Part shown: piece by piece, positions 33,119 through 48,031 of the stretch | How positions within the stretch are numbered: the first letter of the stretch is position 1 | How the letters are laid out: each line of letters opens with the position of its first letter | Source: Carpediemonas membranifera BICM | Lineage: Eukaryota; Protista; Fornicata | Length of the DNA: 64,000 nt | Assembly (NCBI GenBank): GCA_019828565.1 | Contig: JAHDYR010000030.1 | Location: forward strand, 1-64,000 | Direction of reading: 5' to 3' | Program-made: the position numbers and the translations under genes | The notes under the pieces: model-generated | The model's database searches: none | What the model saw: only the letters and a program-made list of their open reading frames with translations | Told to the model about the DNA's origin: nothing

Positions 33119-35302
33119 TCTTCATCTCGCTGAAACCATGGTCAAGTTGATCCAGCCACGTCGCTCAGCTTCAATCACGCAAGGCGAGCGGACAACGAGT
33201 AGACCACACCCAGATGGAGGCTGAATCGCGACATGTGCGCTCTACAGCTGTCTATAAGCCCGCACGCATACATGGGTGCGAAGTCCCAGCCCTCCAATGT
33301 CACGTATTGACGAGGTCGTCAAAGCATATCTTTACTCAATCTTTTGACCTCAAGTCGTGGACTGCCCGGGGGTAGTTCGGGGCGCTGAACACGCTGGTGA
33401 AGTCCCCTATGCTCCATCTCCGCCCCATCTCCGCCTGGCCAGATCATGATGCGTCAATTGTCACATATCTGGAAGTCAAGTCTGTTGTAACGCGTCAGGT
33501 TTGAGCCATGGTGTAGATGGTATAGCAGATGTTGGTGAATACAAGAGGTGGTAGGTTCGAATCCCTCCTGGCACATCCTTTTTTGGACCTCGGCCATATC
33601 TCAGTCAATATTGGTCGTCATGCCTTGCAACTGCCCAGATTAGCTTGGCTAGCCCTAAAGAACACATGGCAGTCAGATTTATTCAAGTTGTTTGGACATG
33701 ACGAACGCTAAGCCGTTCAGGACTGAGCCACTGGCGCCGAGCGCAAACAGCGCATCCACGACCGCCCAATAGCGGTCCGGGTTCTTGGACAGCACCTTGG
33801 CGCGCTGGAGTGCCTTGTGCATGACCTGGGACGGTACAGCAGCCGCAGCGCCCCCCTGCACCCCACCAACGCATAGCCATGAGATGTCCACCCCAGGCCA
33901 AGCCAGTGCCCGCCCCTCAGCCCGCGTCTCCTATTGTGCACGACATCGAGAGCATATCGATCAGCTCGCCCTCTGCCTCGCCGTCCTCGCAAGGATACGT
34001 GCCCCCAAAGCGTTTGCGGACTACACCACCGCGCCGTATCCTCCCCAAGCGCTCGACTAGGGCCGCACCATCTCCCCTGAGAGAGTCAGCCCCCGCACCT
34101 GCCCGCAAGCTCGGCCGCCCTCGCTCTACCAAGTTCATCATCTACTCGGACAGCGAGGACGACGACGAACATCCCAAGAAGCCGAAGGGGTGCATCACAC
34201 CGAAGAAGGAAGGACGGACTTGCTTCAATCGTAAGAACTATTAGTATCGAAGTGGCAGTGGCCACATGTAAATGATTAACGAACGTAGAATGGGTAGAGC
34301 GGGGGCTACGGTCGGCTGCGCCTCCCTCTGCCCCCCTGCACCCCCCGGAATTGAAGACGGGGGGCTCATTCATTCCTCCGGCTTCGTTCGGCTTCGCTCC
34401 GCTCGGGCGCTCGTCGCGTTGCTCCTCCCGCCCTCCGCTACGCTACGCCTCTCTACGCCTCCGTCACTCTCTCTGCCCCCCTGCGACCCCCCGCGGACTC
34501 CGCCCATGGCCTGTAACTCCGTCAGATCACCCCACAAATTTTTGAATCTCGGGCTGTGATTTACATATGAAAAAATAAATACCCCCATCCTCCTCAGAGC
34601 ATGTAATTATGTATTGTAGTGCGCACCCGTGTTCTCTTCCATTCCATACGCGTCACTCTAGACGTATTCACTCACCATGGACACAAAAAGGCTCTATAAA
34701 AAATTTGTTGAGGGCCTAAATCAAAAATCGGGGAAAATAACGTTCCTACACGTACGCAACATGATACAGCAGTATACTCTGTTTAGCTCCAGCATCAATC
34801 CTTGAGGCCAGTAAAACCGGTCTTTGAACGCGGTTCGCCAGATTCGGATGGATATCGTGACTCAATCACACTGCGAGAGACTTTCAAAAATTCCAAATCC
34901 AGCAGCCCGGAAGCCTCAGGCCTCGTGCTGTACTGCACAAGAAGTTAGCGATCGCGACTTTTGTCCTATAACTATTTATGCATAATTCAATGTAAAGACG
35001 ACGGAGTTGAATAGAGCTTAGGGCGGCGCCTCCGAGCTGACACGCACAGCTATCCAGAGAAGCAATCCGCAGCCCTGAACGCCGTCTGTAAGCATGTGCT
35101 CTGACCTCAAAGTCCAATTTTGAGGTCCCGTTTTTGAGCGGGAAAATTTAGTATAAAATATTTGCGTTGTCCCAGATTTCAATGCATGTTCGAAGGACCC
35201 CTGGGGTAGGCTACACGCTGCATGTGTCGCCTTCCCTGGCAGGGAGCCCAGGGTCCCGTACCGGGACCCCCCAAAATCCGCAATACCTTACCATAACTTA
35301 CA
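33119..35302 (+). mobile_element. Telomeric array unit 9 (subfamily A)
   Basis: Partial monomer, A segment, shared 3' region and tail. Confidence 0.8.
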
Positions 35303-37511
35303 GGCCCCATAGAGCACATTTCACTCTTCACCTCGCTGAAACCATGGTCAAGTTGATCCAGTCACGTCGCTCAGCTTCAATCACGCAAGGCGAGCGGACA
35401 ACGAGTAGACCACACCCAGATGAAGGCTGAATCGCGACATGTGCGCTCTACAGCTGTCTATAAGCCCGCACGCATACATGGGTGCGAAGTCCCAGCCCTC
35501 CAATGTCACGTATTGACGAGGTCGTCAAAGCATATCTTTACGCAATCTTTTGACCTCAAGTCGTGGACTGCCCGGGGGTAGTTCGGGGCGCTGAACACGC
35601 TGGTGAAGTCCCCTATGCTCCATCTCCGCCCCATCTCCGCCTGGCCAGATCATGATGCGTCAATTGTCACATATCTGGAAGTCAAGTCTGTTGTAACGCG
35701 TCAGGTTTGAGCCATGGTGTAGATGGTATAGCAGATGTTGGTGAATACAAGAGGTGGTAGGTTCGAATCCCTCCTGGCACATCCTTTTTTGGACCTCGGC
35801 CATATCTCAGTCAATATTGGTCGTCATGCCTTGCAACTGCCCAGATTAGCTTGACTAGCCCTAAAGAACACATGGCAGTCAGATTTATTCAAGTTGTTTG
35901 GACATGACGAACGCTAAGCCGTTCAGGACTGAGCCACTGGCGCCGAGCGCAAACAGCGCATCCACGACCGCCCAATAGCGGTCCGGGTTCTTGGACAGCA
36001 CCTTGGCGCGCTGGAGTGCCTTGTGCATGACCTGGGACGGTACAGCAGCCGCAGCGCCCCCCTGCACCCCACCAACGCATAGCCATGAGATGTCCACCCC
36101 AGGCCAAGCCAGTGCCCGCCCCTCAGCCCGCGTCTCCTATTGTGCACGACATCGAGAGCATATCGATCAGCTCGCCCTCTGCCTCGCCGTCCTCGCAAGG
36201 ATACGTGCCCCCAAAGCGTTTGCGGACTACACCACCGCGCCGTATCCTCCCCAAGCGCTCGACTAGGGCCGCACCATCTCCCCTGAGAGAGTCAGCCCCC
36301 GCACCTGCCCGCAAGCTCGGCCGCCCTCGCTCTACCAAGTTCATCATCTACTCGGACAGCGAGGACGACGACGAACATCCCAAGAAGCCGAAGGGGTGCA
36401 TCACACCGAAGAAGGAAGGACGGACTTGCTTCAATCGTAAGAACTATTAGTATCGAAGTGGCAGTGGCCACATGTAAATGATTAACGAACGTAGAATGGG
36501 TAGAGCGGGGGCTACGGTCGGCTGCGCCTCCCTCTGCCCCCCTGCACCCCCCCGGAATTGAAGACGGGGGGGCTCCGTTCGTTCCTCCGGCTTCGTTCGG
36601 CTTCGCTCCGCTCCGGGCGCTCGTCGCGTTGCTCCTCCCGCCCTCCGCTACGCTACGCCTCTCTACGCCTCCGTCACTCTCTCTGCCCCCCTGCGACCCC
36701 CCGCGGACTCCGCCCATGGCCTGTAACTACGTCAGATCACCCCACAAATTTTTGAATCTCGGGCTGTGATTTACATATGAAAAAATAAATACCCCCATCC
36801 TCCTCAGAGCATGTAATTATGTATTGTAGTGCGCACCCGTGTTCTCTTCCATTCCATACGCGTCACTCTAGACGTATTCACTCACCATGGACACAAAAAG
36901 GCTCTATAAAAAATTTGTTGAGGGCCTAAATCAAAAATCGGGGAAAATAACGTTCCTACACGTACGCAACATGATACAGCAGTATACTCTGTTTAGCTCC
37001 AGCATCAATCCTTGAGGCCAGTAAAACCGGTCTTTGAACGCGGTTCGCCAGATTCGGATGGATATCGTGACTCAATCACACTGCGAGAGACTTTCAAAAA
37101 TTCCAAATCCAGCAGCCCGGAAGCCTCAGGCCTCGTGCTGTACTGCACAAGAAGTTAGCGATCGCGACTTTTGTCCTATAACTATTTATGCATAATTCAA
37201 TGTAAAGACGACGGAGTTGAATAGAGCTTAGGGCGGCGCCTCCGAGCTGACACGCACAGCTATCCAGAGAAGCAATCCGCAGCCCTGAACGCCGTCTGTA
37301 AGCATGTGCTCTGACCTCAAAGTCCAATTTTGAGGTCCCGTTTTTGAGCGGGAAAATTTAGTATAAAATATTTGCGTTGTCCCAGATTTCAATGCATGTT
37401 CGAAGGACCCCTGGGGTAGGCTACACGCTGCATGTGTCGCCTTCCCTGGCAGGGGCCCAGGGGTCCCGTACCGGGACCCCCCAAAATCCGCAATACCTTA
37501 CCATAACTTAC
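35303..37511 (+). mobile_element. Telomeric array unit 10 (subfamily A)
   Basis: Same 5' breakpoint as unit 5, conserved tail. Confidence 0.8.
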
Positions 37512-40500
37512 TCTTCATCTCGCTGAAACCATGGTCAAGTTGATCCAGCCACGTCGCTCAGCTTCAATCACGCAAGGCGAGCGGACAACGAGTAGACCAC
37601 ACCCAGATGGAGGCTGAATCGCGACATGTGCGCTCTACAGCTGTCTATAGGCCCGCACGCATACATGGGTGCGAAGTCCCAGCCCTCCAATGTCACGTAT
37701 TGACGTGGTCGTCAAAGCATATCTTTACGCAATCTTTTGACCTCAAGTCGTGGACTGCCCGGGGGTAGTTCGGGGCGCTGAACACGCTGGTGAAGTCCCC
37801 TATGCTCCATCTCCGCCCCATCACCGCCAAATCCCGGGGATCGAATTCCGCGACTCAAACCCAGAGTTGCAGACCTCAGCGTTCACAACCACCCCCCGGC
37901 TAGACACGTTCTAGGCCCCATAGAGCACATTTCACTCTTCACCTCGCTGAAACCATGGTCAAGTTGATCCAGCCACGTCGCTCAGCTTCAATCACGCAAG
38001 GCGAGCGGACAACGAGTAGACCACACCCAGATGAAGGCTGAATCGCGACATGTGCGCTCTACAGCTGTCTATAAGCCCGCACGCATACATGGGTGCGAAG
38101 TCCCAGCCCTCCAATGTCACGTATTGACGAGGTCGTCAAAGCATATCTTTACGCAATCTTTTTGACCTCAAGTCGTGGACTGCCCGGGGGTAGTTCGGGG
38201 CGCTGAACACGCTGGTGAAGTCCCCTATGCTCCATCTCCGCCCCATCACCGCCAAATCCCGGGGATCGAATTCCGCGACTCAAACCCAGAGTTGCAGACC
38301 TCAGCGTTCACAACCACCCCCGGCTAGACACGTTCTAGGCCCCATAGAGCACATTTCACTCTTCACCTCGCTGAAACCATGGTCAAGTTGATCCAGTCAC
38401 GTCGCTCAGCTTCAATCACGCAAGGCGAGCGGACAACGAGTAGACCACACCCAGATGAAGGCTGAATCGCGACATGTGCGCTCTACAGCTGTCTATAGGC
38501 CCGCACGCATACATGGGTGCGAAGTCCCAGCCCTCCAATGTCACGTATTGACGAGGTCGTCAAAGCATATCTTTACTCAATCTTTTGACCTCAAGTCGTG
38601 GACTGCCCGGGGGTAGTTCGGGGCGCTGAACACGCTGGTGAAGTCCCCTATGCTCCATCTCCGCCCCATCTCCGCCTGGCCAGATCATGATGCGTCAATT
38701 GTCACATATCTGGAAGTCAAGTCTGTTGTAACGCGTCAGGTTTGAGCCATGGTGTAGATGGTATAGCAGATGTTGGTGAATACAAGAGGTGGTAGGTTCG
38801 AATCCCTCCTGGCACATCCTTTTTTTGGACCTCGGCCATATCTCAGTCAATATTGGTCGTCATGCCTTGCAACTGCCCAGATTAGCTTGGCTAGCCCTAA
38901 AGAACACATGGCAGTCAGATTTATTCAAGTTGTTTGGACATGACGAACGCTAAGCCGTTCAGGACTGAGCCACTGGCGCCGAGCGCAAACAGCGCATCCA
39001 CGACCGCCCAATAGCGGTCCGGGTTCTTGGACAGCACCTTGGCGCGCTGGAGTGCCTTGTGCATGACCTGGGACGGTACAGCAGCCGCAGCGCCCCCCTG
39101 CACCCCACCAACGCATAGCCATGAGATGTCCACCCCAGGCCAAGCCAGTGCCCGCCCCTCAGCCCGCGTCTCCTATTGTGCACGACATCGAGAGCATATC
39201 GATCAGCTCGCCCTCTGCCTCGCCGTCCTCGCAAGGATACGTGCCCCCAAAGCGTTTGCGGACTACACCACCGCGCCGTATCCTCCCCAAGCGCTCGACT
39301 AGGGCCGCACCATCTCCCCTGAGAGAGTCAGCCCCCGCACCTGCCCGCAAGCTCGGCCGCCCTCGCTCTACCAAGTTCATCATCTACTCGGACAGCGAGG
39401 ACGACGACGAACATCCCAAGAAGCCGAAGGGGTGCATCACACCGAAGAAGGAAGGACGGACTTGCTTCAATCGTAAGAACTATTAGTATCGAAGTGGCAG
39501 TGGCCACATGTAAATGATTAACGAACGTAGAATGGGTAGGCAGGGCTACGGTCGGCTGCGCCTCCCTCTGCCCCCCCTGCACCCCCCGGAATTGAAGACG
39601 GGGGCTCCGTCATTCCTCCGGCTTCGTTCGGCTTCGCTCCGCTCCGGGCGCTCGTCGCGTTGCTCCTCCCGCCCTCCGCTACGCTACGCCTCTCTACGCC
39701 TCCGTCACTCTCTCTGCCCCCCTGCGACCCCCCGCGGACTCCGCCCATGGCCTGTAACTACGTCAGATCACCCCACAAATTTTTTGAATCTCGGGCTGTG
39801 ATTTACATATGAAAAAATAAATACCCCCATCCTCCTCAGAGCATGTAATTATGTATTGTAGTGCGCACCCGTGTTCTCTTCCATTCCATACGCGTCACTC
39901 TAGACGTATTCACTCACCATGGACACAAAAAGGCTCTATAAAAAATTTGTTGAGGGCCTAAATCAAAAATCGGGGAAAATAACGTTCCTACACGTACGCA
40001 ACATGATACAGCAGTATACTCTGTTTAGCTCCAGCATCAATCCTTGAGGCCAGTAAAACCGGTCTTTGAACGCGGTTCGCCAGATTCGGATGGATATCGT
40101 GACTCAATCACACTGCGAGAGACTTTCAAAAATTCCAAATCCAGCAGCCCGGAAGCCTCAGGCCTCGTGCTGTACTGCACAAGAAGTTAGCGATCGCGAC
40201 TTTTGTCCTATAACTATTTATGCATAATTCAATGTAAAGACGACGGAGTTGAATAGAGCTTAGGGCGGCGCCTCCGAGCTGACACGCACAGCTATCCAGA
40301 GAAGCAATCCGCAGCCCTGAACGCCGTCTGTAAGCATGTGCTCTGACCTCAAAGTCCAATTTTGAGGTCCCGTTTTTGAGCGGGAAAATTTAGTATAAAA
40401 TATTTGCGTTGTCCCAGATTTCAATGCATGTTCGAAGGACCCCTGGGGTAGGCTACACGCTGCATGTGTCGCCTTCCCTGGCAGGGCCCAGGGTCCCGTA

Positions 40501-40541
40501 CCGGGACCCCCCAAAATCCGCAATACCTTACCATAACTTAC
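37512..40541 (+). mobile_element. Telomeric array unit 11 (subfamily A)
   Basis: About 2.7 monomers, same 5' breakpoint as units 6, 9 and 12. Confidence 0.8.
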
Positions 40542-42925
40542 TCTTCATCTCGCTGAAACCATGGTCAAGTTGATCCAGCCACGTCGCTCAGCTTCAATCA
40601 CGCAAGGCGAGCGGACAACGAGTAGACCACACCCAGATGGAGGCTGAATCGCGACATGTGCGCTCTACAGCTGTCTATAGGCCCGCACGCATACATGGGT
40701 GCGAAGTCCCAGCCCTCCAATGTCACGTATTGACGTGGTCGTCAAAGCATATCTTTACGCAATCTTTTGACCTCAAGTCGTGGACTGCCCGGGGGTAGTT
40801 CGGGGCGCTGAACACGCTGGTGAAGTCCCCTATGCTCCATCTCCGCCCCATCACCGCCAAATCCCGGGGATCGAATTCCGCGACTCAAACCCAGAGTTGC
40901 AGACCTCAGCGTTCACAACCACCCCCGGCTAGACACGTTCTAGGCCCCATAGAGCACATTTCACTCTTCACCTCGCTGAAACCATGGTCAAGTTGATCCA
41001 GCCACGTCGCTCAGCTTCAATCACGCAAGGCGAGCGGACAACGAGTAGACCACACCCAGATGAAGGCTGAATCGCGACATGTGCGCTCTACAGCTGTCTA
41101 TAAGCCCGCACGCATACATGGGTGCGAAGTCCCAGCCCTCCAATGTCACGTATTGACGAGGTCGTCAAAGCATATCTTTACGCAATCTTTTGACCTCAAG
41201 TCGTGGACTGCCCGGGGGTAGTTCGGGGCGCTGAACACGCTGGTGAAGTCCCCTATGCTCCATCTCCGCCCCATCTCCGCCTGGCCAGATCATGATGCGT
41301 CAATTGTCACATATCTGGAAGTCAAGTCTGTTGTAACGCGTCAGGTTTGAGCCATGGTGTAGATGGTATAGCAGATGTTGGTGAATACAAGAGGTGGTAG
41401 GTTCGAATCCCTCCTGGCACATCCTTTTTTGGACCTCGGCCATATCTCAGTCAATATTGGTCGTCATGCCTTGCAACTGCCCAGATTAGCTTGGCTAGCC
41501 CTAAAGAACACATGGCAGTCAGATTTATTCAAGTTGTTTGGACATGACGAACGCTAAGCCGTTCAGGACTGAGCCACTGGCGCCGAGCGCAAACAGCGCA
41601 TCCACGACCGCCCAATAGCGGTCCGGGTTCTTGGACAGCACCTTGGCGCGCTGGAGTGCCTTGTGCATGACCTGGGACGGTACAGCAGCCGCAGCGCCCC
41701 CCTGCACCCCACCAACGCATAGCCATGAGATGTCCACCCCAGGCCAAGCCAGTGCCCGCCCCTCAGCCCGCGTCTCCTATTGTGCACGACATCGAGAGCA
41801 TATCGATCAGCTCGCCCTCTGCCTCGCCGTCCTCGCAAGGATACGTGCCCCCAAAGCGTTTGCGGACTACACCACCGCGCCGTATCCTCCCCAAGCGCTC
41901 GACTAGGGCCGCACCATCTCCCCTGAGAGAGTCAGCCCCCGCACCTGCCCGCAAGCTCGGCCGCCCTCGCTCTACCAAGTTCATCATCTACTCGGACAGC
42001 GAGGACGACGACGAACATCCCAAGAAGCCGAAGGGGTGCATCACACCGAAGAAGGAAGGACGGACTTGCTTCAATCGTAAGAACTATTAGTATCGAAGTG
42101 GCAGTGGCCACATGTAAATGATTAACGAACGTAGAATGGGTAGAGCGGGGGCTACGGTCGGCTGCGCCTCCCTCTGCCCCCCTGCACCCCCCGGAATTGA
42201 AGACGGGGTGTGGTTCAATGGGTGTTGAACTTTTACTGAGGAGAAGACTCGACACAAGGGTGTCGAGGAGAAACTCCTTGACTATTAAATATAACGTAAA
42301 TCTGTGTAACTTTGGGTAGGACCCACAACACTGCCCCTCCATGCCTGGTATAGGCATGACAGAGAGACTTGACGTCAGCATTTCACCAAAGGCCTGGACG
42401 GTGCCACCCGACCGCCAACGGTGACTCATAGGGCTGGCAACCCCATGGCCTGAGTGCTTTCGCATCTAGCTGAACGAAATCAAAATGATGGTATCATGAT
42501 CTAACTGCGGTACCGCTATGTGAGCTCTGTTTCAAAAATGGTGAAACGTGACGGAAAGGCTTACCACTGCCCCTCCACGGCCTTCCTAGGCCGTCTTCAC
42601 AAACCTTATACGTGTTATATGCCATTCCATGTAATTCGAAGGCCAAGAACGATTGCTCTAGCAAACACTGCCAATGCTGAGCCCTTATCGCTCATAATCA
42701 CACAGACGCCGAAAAACGTACTTAGAAGCTCCAATTCGGCTCCGTTGAGGAGTTCTGAGGCTTCTAATTTTCTGCGTCCAACTGTACTTGAATAACAACA
42801 TCAAACTGACCGGAAGGAGCACTAGGAAGCTCCTAATGCCTTATTACCGACAATAAATGCATGCTTGAAGACTAAGATGACCTTGTTAGTTGTTCCTTCG
42901 ACCGTTTCCGAGAAATGTGCAGGAT

Positions 42926-44031
42926 ATGTCGCCGTCAACTCATTTGATGTCGGACAACACAGCCGTAGAGGCCGTTCTGAAGGAAATTCGTGCCAAAAAT
43001 CACCGAACTTGGTGATGACGATCTGGCTAGGCCACTTATTGTTGCCCATACGTCCGTTTGTCGTTCCCTTCGCGCTCAGAAGTATCGTGGACGCAAGCGC
43101 ATGGTCACCGACAATCTGTAAGTAACAAACATCAACCGTGAGGTTATATAGTCACCGCGTGCAAGCCTCAGAACGCATCACTCGCACCCTGACGATGACG
43201 ACTCTGATGCCCCACGACATCAAGGCCGAGGTTGCCCGACGCCTGGAAGGTTACACCAACTCCATCGAGCTGCCGCTCCAGCGAATCTTTGACGCTATTG
43301 AGCAAGGTCGTCTGAACGACGCAGCCGTAGTGCAGGACGTGAAGCTGACCCAGCAGGTCTTGGCTCTCGTGGCTCATTGCCAGGTCGCGCTTGCCGGTGT
43401 GAGGGCCCACCTCAAGCTCGGCAGGAAGCGCTTGTCCGATGGCGACATCGTGTCGGCCGCGATCCGGGGCCGCGACATCACGCTGGGTGGATCTTCACCC
43501 GGTAATGGTCACTACTCTGCAGCTCTCGTGGCGGCTGTGCGGACTGCCGGCGGGGTCAAGTCGGACACTACAGCGCGCGGATATCTTAACCGCCTGTTGG
43601 TCCTCGTCCTCGCACCGGACTACTTCCGTGTCGCTGTCTACGGCATCAGCCGGCGCATCCCGGCTCCCAACGACTTCTGGGCAACCCTGGTCAGCCGCTT
43701 GTGCCACGACGGCTACCTGCCCGCCATTGGCGATGAGGCTCACTGGGAGCCGCTTCAGGTCTCTGATCCGGACCGCTACTACACTGTCACGTGCGTAGTC
43801 CGTCACGAGTATCTGAAGACGACTTGTGGTCCCGGGTCTTTTGTGTTGATCCTGCAGTATGACGGATACTCGGGACTCAGCATCGTGTCCCTCAACGCTG
43901 ATCTCTGCCTTGTCCGGTGTGTGCGAGAGTACTTGGCTGAGAACGCCCTTGAGCGCCACGCTGACCCGACTTGGTTGGTCGAGCTGACGGACACGGAGGA
44001 GACGGAAGACGAGGAATCTAGCTCTGAATAA
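42926..44031 (+). CDS. Antisense accessory gene of Gypsy 2, predicted spliced (intron 43118-43151, ~356 aa after removing one A from the run at 42995-42999)
   Basis: 34-nt GTAAGT...TAG phase-2 intron. Corrected exon 1 (LKEIRAKITELGDDD) aligns with Gypsy 1 exon 1 (LDQIRELSMELTDDD). Exon 2 is the 43138-44031 ORF. Confidence 0.72.
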
Positions 44032-44073
44032 ATCGTTTGTTCCTCGAGGATACAGCTTCGATGTTGAGAAGTT

Positions 44074-47000
44074 TTACAGACCGTCACGCTTGGCTTGGTC
44101 AGACTTCAAATATGTATCGAGGGCTTCCAAATCTTTGACGTGCGAATAAGGTTCGAATGAAGCCTCTGAATCCTCGAATCCGACCCAGTGTACGAGGTAC
44201 TCGCGCCTTGACTTGGGGCCCGAGCCTCTAGAGCGTGAGATGCGCTCGACATGCCACTCATCGACGGAAGCGGCTGCGAGGTCATAGATCTGTTGCTCCG
44301 AGAGCTTGCCTGGGTCAAATCTTCGCACACGTGCCGCGTCTACCTTGATAGTTGGACCGTCCGCTGACTGACTGAGGTCTTGTACCTCATATGCGACGAC
44401 AACACCATCACGTTTGACGGCTGCGACACGCCTCATGGGGCCGCGCCAGCCCGGGGCTAGCTTGCTCGGTGGTCTTGGGTAGTATTTGACCAGCACGAAA
44501 CGGCTCAATATCTCGCTTCTCGATGAGGTTGCCTTTGCGAGAGCGTCTTCGCGCATGGCTCTAATCCTTGCTTTGGCGAGTTGGATGGCGGCATCGGCTG
44601 CGGCTAGCTTCGACTGTGGCGGACCAGCCGAGGCGGCATCCGTGATATAGATCGATGACGGTATTGATAAATTGGCGCCAAACATGATCTCGGCCGGAGT
44701 CAACCGGGTCGGGATCCTGGGCATTGAGTTGACCAAGAATTGGGCGACTGGTAGGTGTGCTACCCAATCGTTATTCCTTAACTCCAGCTTCCTGGCTCTG
44801 AGGATGCGTTCGACCTCCTTGTTCGCGCGTTCGACGACACCGTTGCTCTGGGGATGGTATGCTGTCGTTATGTGGACGTCGAACCCCATCTCTTCGGAGA
44901 GGCGTTTGAACAGAGCGTTTTTGAACTCTGAGCCCCCATCCGATTGGACGACTTCGGGGCATCCGTATCGTAGAATCCAGGTGTTGACCAATGCGTTGGC
45001 TGCGTCTTTGGCTGAGGTGCTGTTGACCGGGACTAGCTCTGTCCAGCGGGAGCACATGTCGATCATTACTGTCACGTAGGACAGGCCGTTGACCGTCGGT
45101 AGCGGACCCATGGTGTCAATGGCCACACGCCGGAACGGGAGGTCTACAGCTGTATGCAGGCCGTCGGGTGTATCAACAGGAGGGCGGGCCAAGACTTGGC
45201 ACTCTGGACACGCGGTAATCACGTCGTCTACGACTTGACGGGAGACAGACAAACCGTCGGCCCTAAGTTGCTCGGTTGTCATCCGGCGAGACAGATGAGC
45301 TCCTGCTGTGAGATGAGCGCGGGATACCTGATCCCTCGACGCCTGTTGCATGGAGAATACTCGAGAGACCGTCGGCTCCACCGTTGTCCAGACCGGCGAT
45401 GTGCTGTAGGGTGAAATCTAAATCGGCGATCGAATCAGCCCACCGGCGGACCTTGGCGTTGGTGGACCGGTACATATAGAGTAGGTTCCGGTGATCCGTG
45501 AGAATAGTAAAGCTCTCCCAGCACAGGAACTTGCGCCATCGTTGTAACGCTGCCACGATAGCGTAGGCTTCTTTCTCACCGGTACACCAGCGTGACTGGA
45601 CGTCGTTGAACGCACGCGACATATAGCAAACTGGTCGGCCCTCTTGGAGTAAGACTGCTCCGTACCCGACATCGGATGCGTCAGTCATGACGGTGTGAGG
45701 CTTAGTCGCGTCGAACATGGCTAGAGCGTCGGCCGAACATAAAGCTTGTTTCAGATCGTCCAGCGACTTCTGAAGAACGTCTCGAGGGGGTCTGCCGACC
45801 GGACATGGCGTCTAGCAGAGGCTTAGCTCGGACCGCGAAGTTGGGTATGTAATCGCGGAAATAGTTGAGGAATCCGTTGAGACCCTGCATGCCCTTCGTG
45901 GATGAAGACAGCTTGAGGTTCGCGATATCTTCGGTCCGCTGGGGTGAGATCTTCACGCTGCCTTGGGATATGATCCACCCGAGGAACTCGACCTCTTGCC
46001 GACCGAACTGGCACTTATCTCGGCCGAGCTGAAGGTTAAGCTTGTCAACGCGTTGCATGACTTTTTCGAGGTTTCCCAGGTACTCGTCCTCATCCGCACC
46101 CATGACGATGATGTCATCAATGTATATGACACAGGCGGAGCCCACCAGACCCTTGAACCCGTCTTCCATCGCCCTCTGGAAGTACGCTCCGGCGTTACGT
46201 AAGCCGAAGGGCATCCGTGTATATTGGTATTGACCAAAAACAGTACGGAAGGCGGTTAGGTGACGGCACCGTTCAGTAAGAGGGATCTGATGGTATCCTG
46301 CTGACAAGTCTAGGGTAGCGAACACAGACTTTCCGGACAGTTGAGTGAGAACTTCGTCTATGCGAGGGATGGGGTAGTCGAATGGTTCCGTTAGTTGATT
46401 GATCTCGCGGAAGTCGACGACAAAACGCGTCTTTCCCCCCTTCTTTGGAACTATGATGGTAGGGCTCGCGTATTGAGACTGGCATGCCTCGATGTAGCGC
46501 TTTGCCAGGAGCGTATTAATGTGCTCTTGAATGATCGGGACTTTCGGCGGGGGAACATAGTACGGCCGAATGTGTACGACTCTGTCGCCCTTGAGGACCA
46601 AATCATACGGTTCGAGCCGGCTTGGCTCGGTACGGTCCACGAATGTCCGGGCGTAACGCTTGAGGATGTCGGCCTGCCTCTGAGAAAAGGGAAGAGGACA
46701 TGGCTCTGGCTTGCGCGACGTACTTCTCGAATGTAGGTGGTTCGTCGCTGGCTGCGAGCTCGCTGGTAGGCTCAGACAACGAAGGGAGAAGGCCGATCTC
46801 CACCATCTGAGGGTAACCCAGGCATACATCGAAAGCGGTCGACAGGACGTAGGCCTTAATAGTGATAGAGCATCCGCGCGGAGTGAATGGCGAGGGCGCT
46901 AAGACGAGGCGGAAGGATACCTGACCCTCGGCCTCTCTGACGCCGCCCACTGTCTCGATAAGTGTCTTCTCGTGTGAGATCCACTTCACTGCCTTGCCGT

Positions 47001-48009
47001 AGCAGAGCTTGGGGTCAATGGTTGCGCAGTCAGCGCCCGAGTCGAACAGGACGGACACGACTTGCTTAAGAATGCTAGCCTTGACGGTGGGAAGGACACT
47101 CTGACGGGAACCGAGAGAAAACACACAACGAGCTGAATTTACCTCAGAACGGCAGAATTCAGCTCGGTGGCCCGGCTTCTGGCACTTGGAACAGGTTGTC
47201 TTCGGAGCAGGGCATCGGCGAGCGGAGTGACCGACCTTACCGCAGTTGAAGCACACGAATGGCTTCTTCTCGTGCTTGGGCTTGTCGATCGGCTTGCCTT
47301 TTGAGGGGGCTACGTTCGTGCGGTCAGGCTCGCGTCGATGAGGGTTCTTCGGACCGCTCCCCGTGTGCCGTGTATGGGAGGGCGTGGTGTTGGTACGCTG
47401 TGAGTCGGAGACCCCCGCAGCGCCGAAGGAAGCGATCATCTCCTTGGACTCCTTGAGGTCGCGTGACATGACGAGGACATCAGCCATTGCGTCCTTGAGA
47501 TCCTTGCGCTCCGTTGATTCTCTGACTCGATACATGATGCGACTGTTGTTGGGGAACTTGAAGCAGCGGCTGTACGTCTCCTTCAAGACGTCCTCGGGAT
47601 CTTCGGGTTGAACGAGCTTCAAGAGCAGATTGAATCGGCGGTTCACTCGAGCAACCTCATCAGGCTCGAAGGACTTGGCGGGGACTCGGAAGAGCTGTAG
47701 ACGCATGCTCGGGCGAGAAGGTCGAAGGGCAGCACCGAGGCGCTTGAGGACTCGTTCATCTTGGGCTGCGACACGACGTTTCTTACGGAGCTTCGCGGAG
47801 AGCAGGAGAGGAGTGTCTTCAACCTCTTCGTCGTCGTTAAGGCCTGCTAGCTCTGCTATGCTAGGCTCGATGAGGTCAATAACATCATCGCGGCCGCCTA
47901 AGGCGCGATGATCGTGGAGGTTATCCGCAAAGTCCAAAAGAGCGTCCATGGAGGACTTCTTCAGGAGAGGCGGATTCTTCTTCAGGCTTCTGTAAGTTTC
48001 CGTACCCAT
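44074..48009 (-). CDS. Gag-Pol polyprotein of Gypsy 2, split into four ORFs by frameshifts (errors or decay)
   Basis: 46603-48009 gag/CCHC/LFDSGA protease; 45702-46829 RT (YIDD); 45263-45718 RNase H (TDAS); 44074-45381 integrase plus chromodomain (EYLVHWVGF...SFEP). Confidence 0.9.
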
Positions 48010-48019
48010 ATGTTTTGGT

Positions 48020-48031
48020 AGTACTAGTACT
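48020..48031. promoter_or_regulatory. 12-bp palindrome AGTACTAGTACT at the primer-binding-site position of Gypsy 2
   Basis: Same sequence and position as in Gypsy 1 although the LTR bodies differ. Confidence 0.7.

Noticed and set aside
44074-48009. Programmed frameshifting in Gypsy 2 and in the RLE ORFs
   Set aside because: The sister Gypsy has a single ORF, and the RLE indels fall in homopolymers and differ between copies, which fits read errors or decay.
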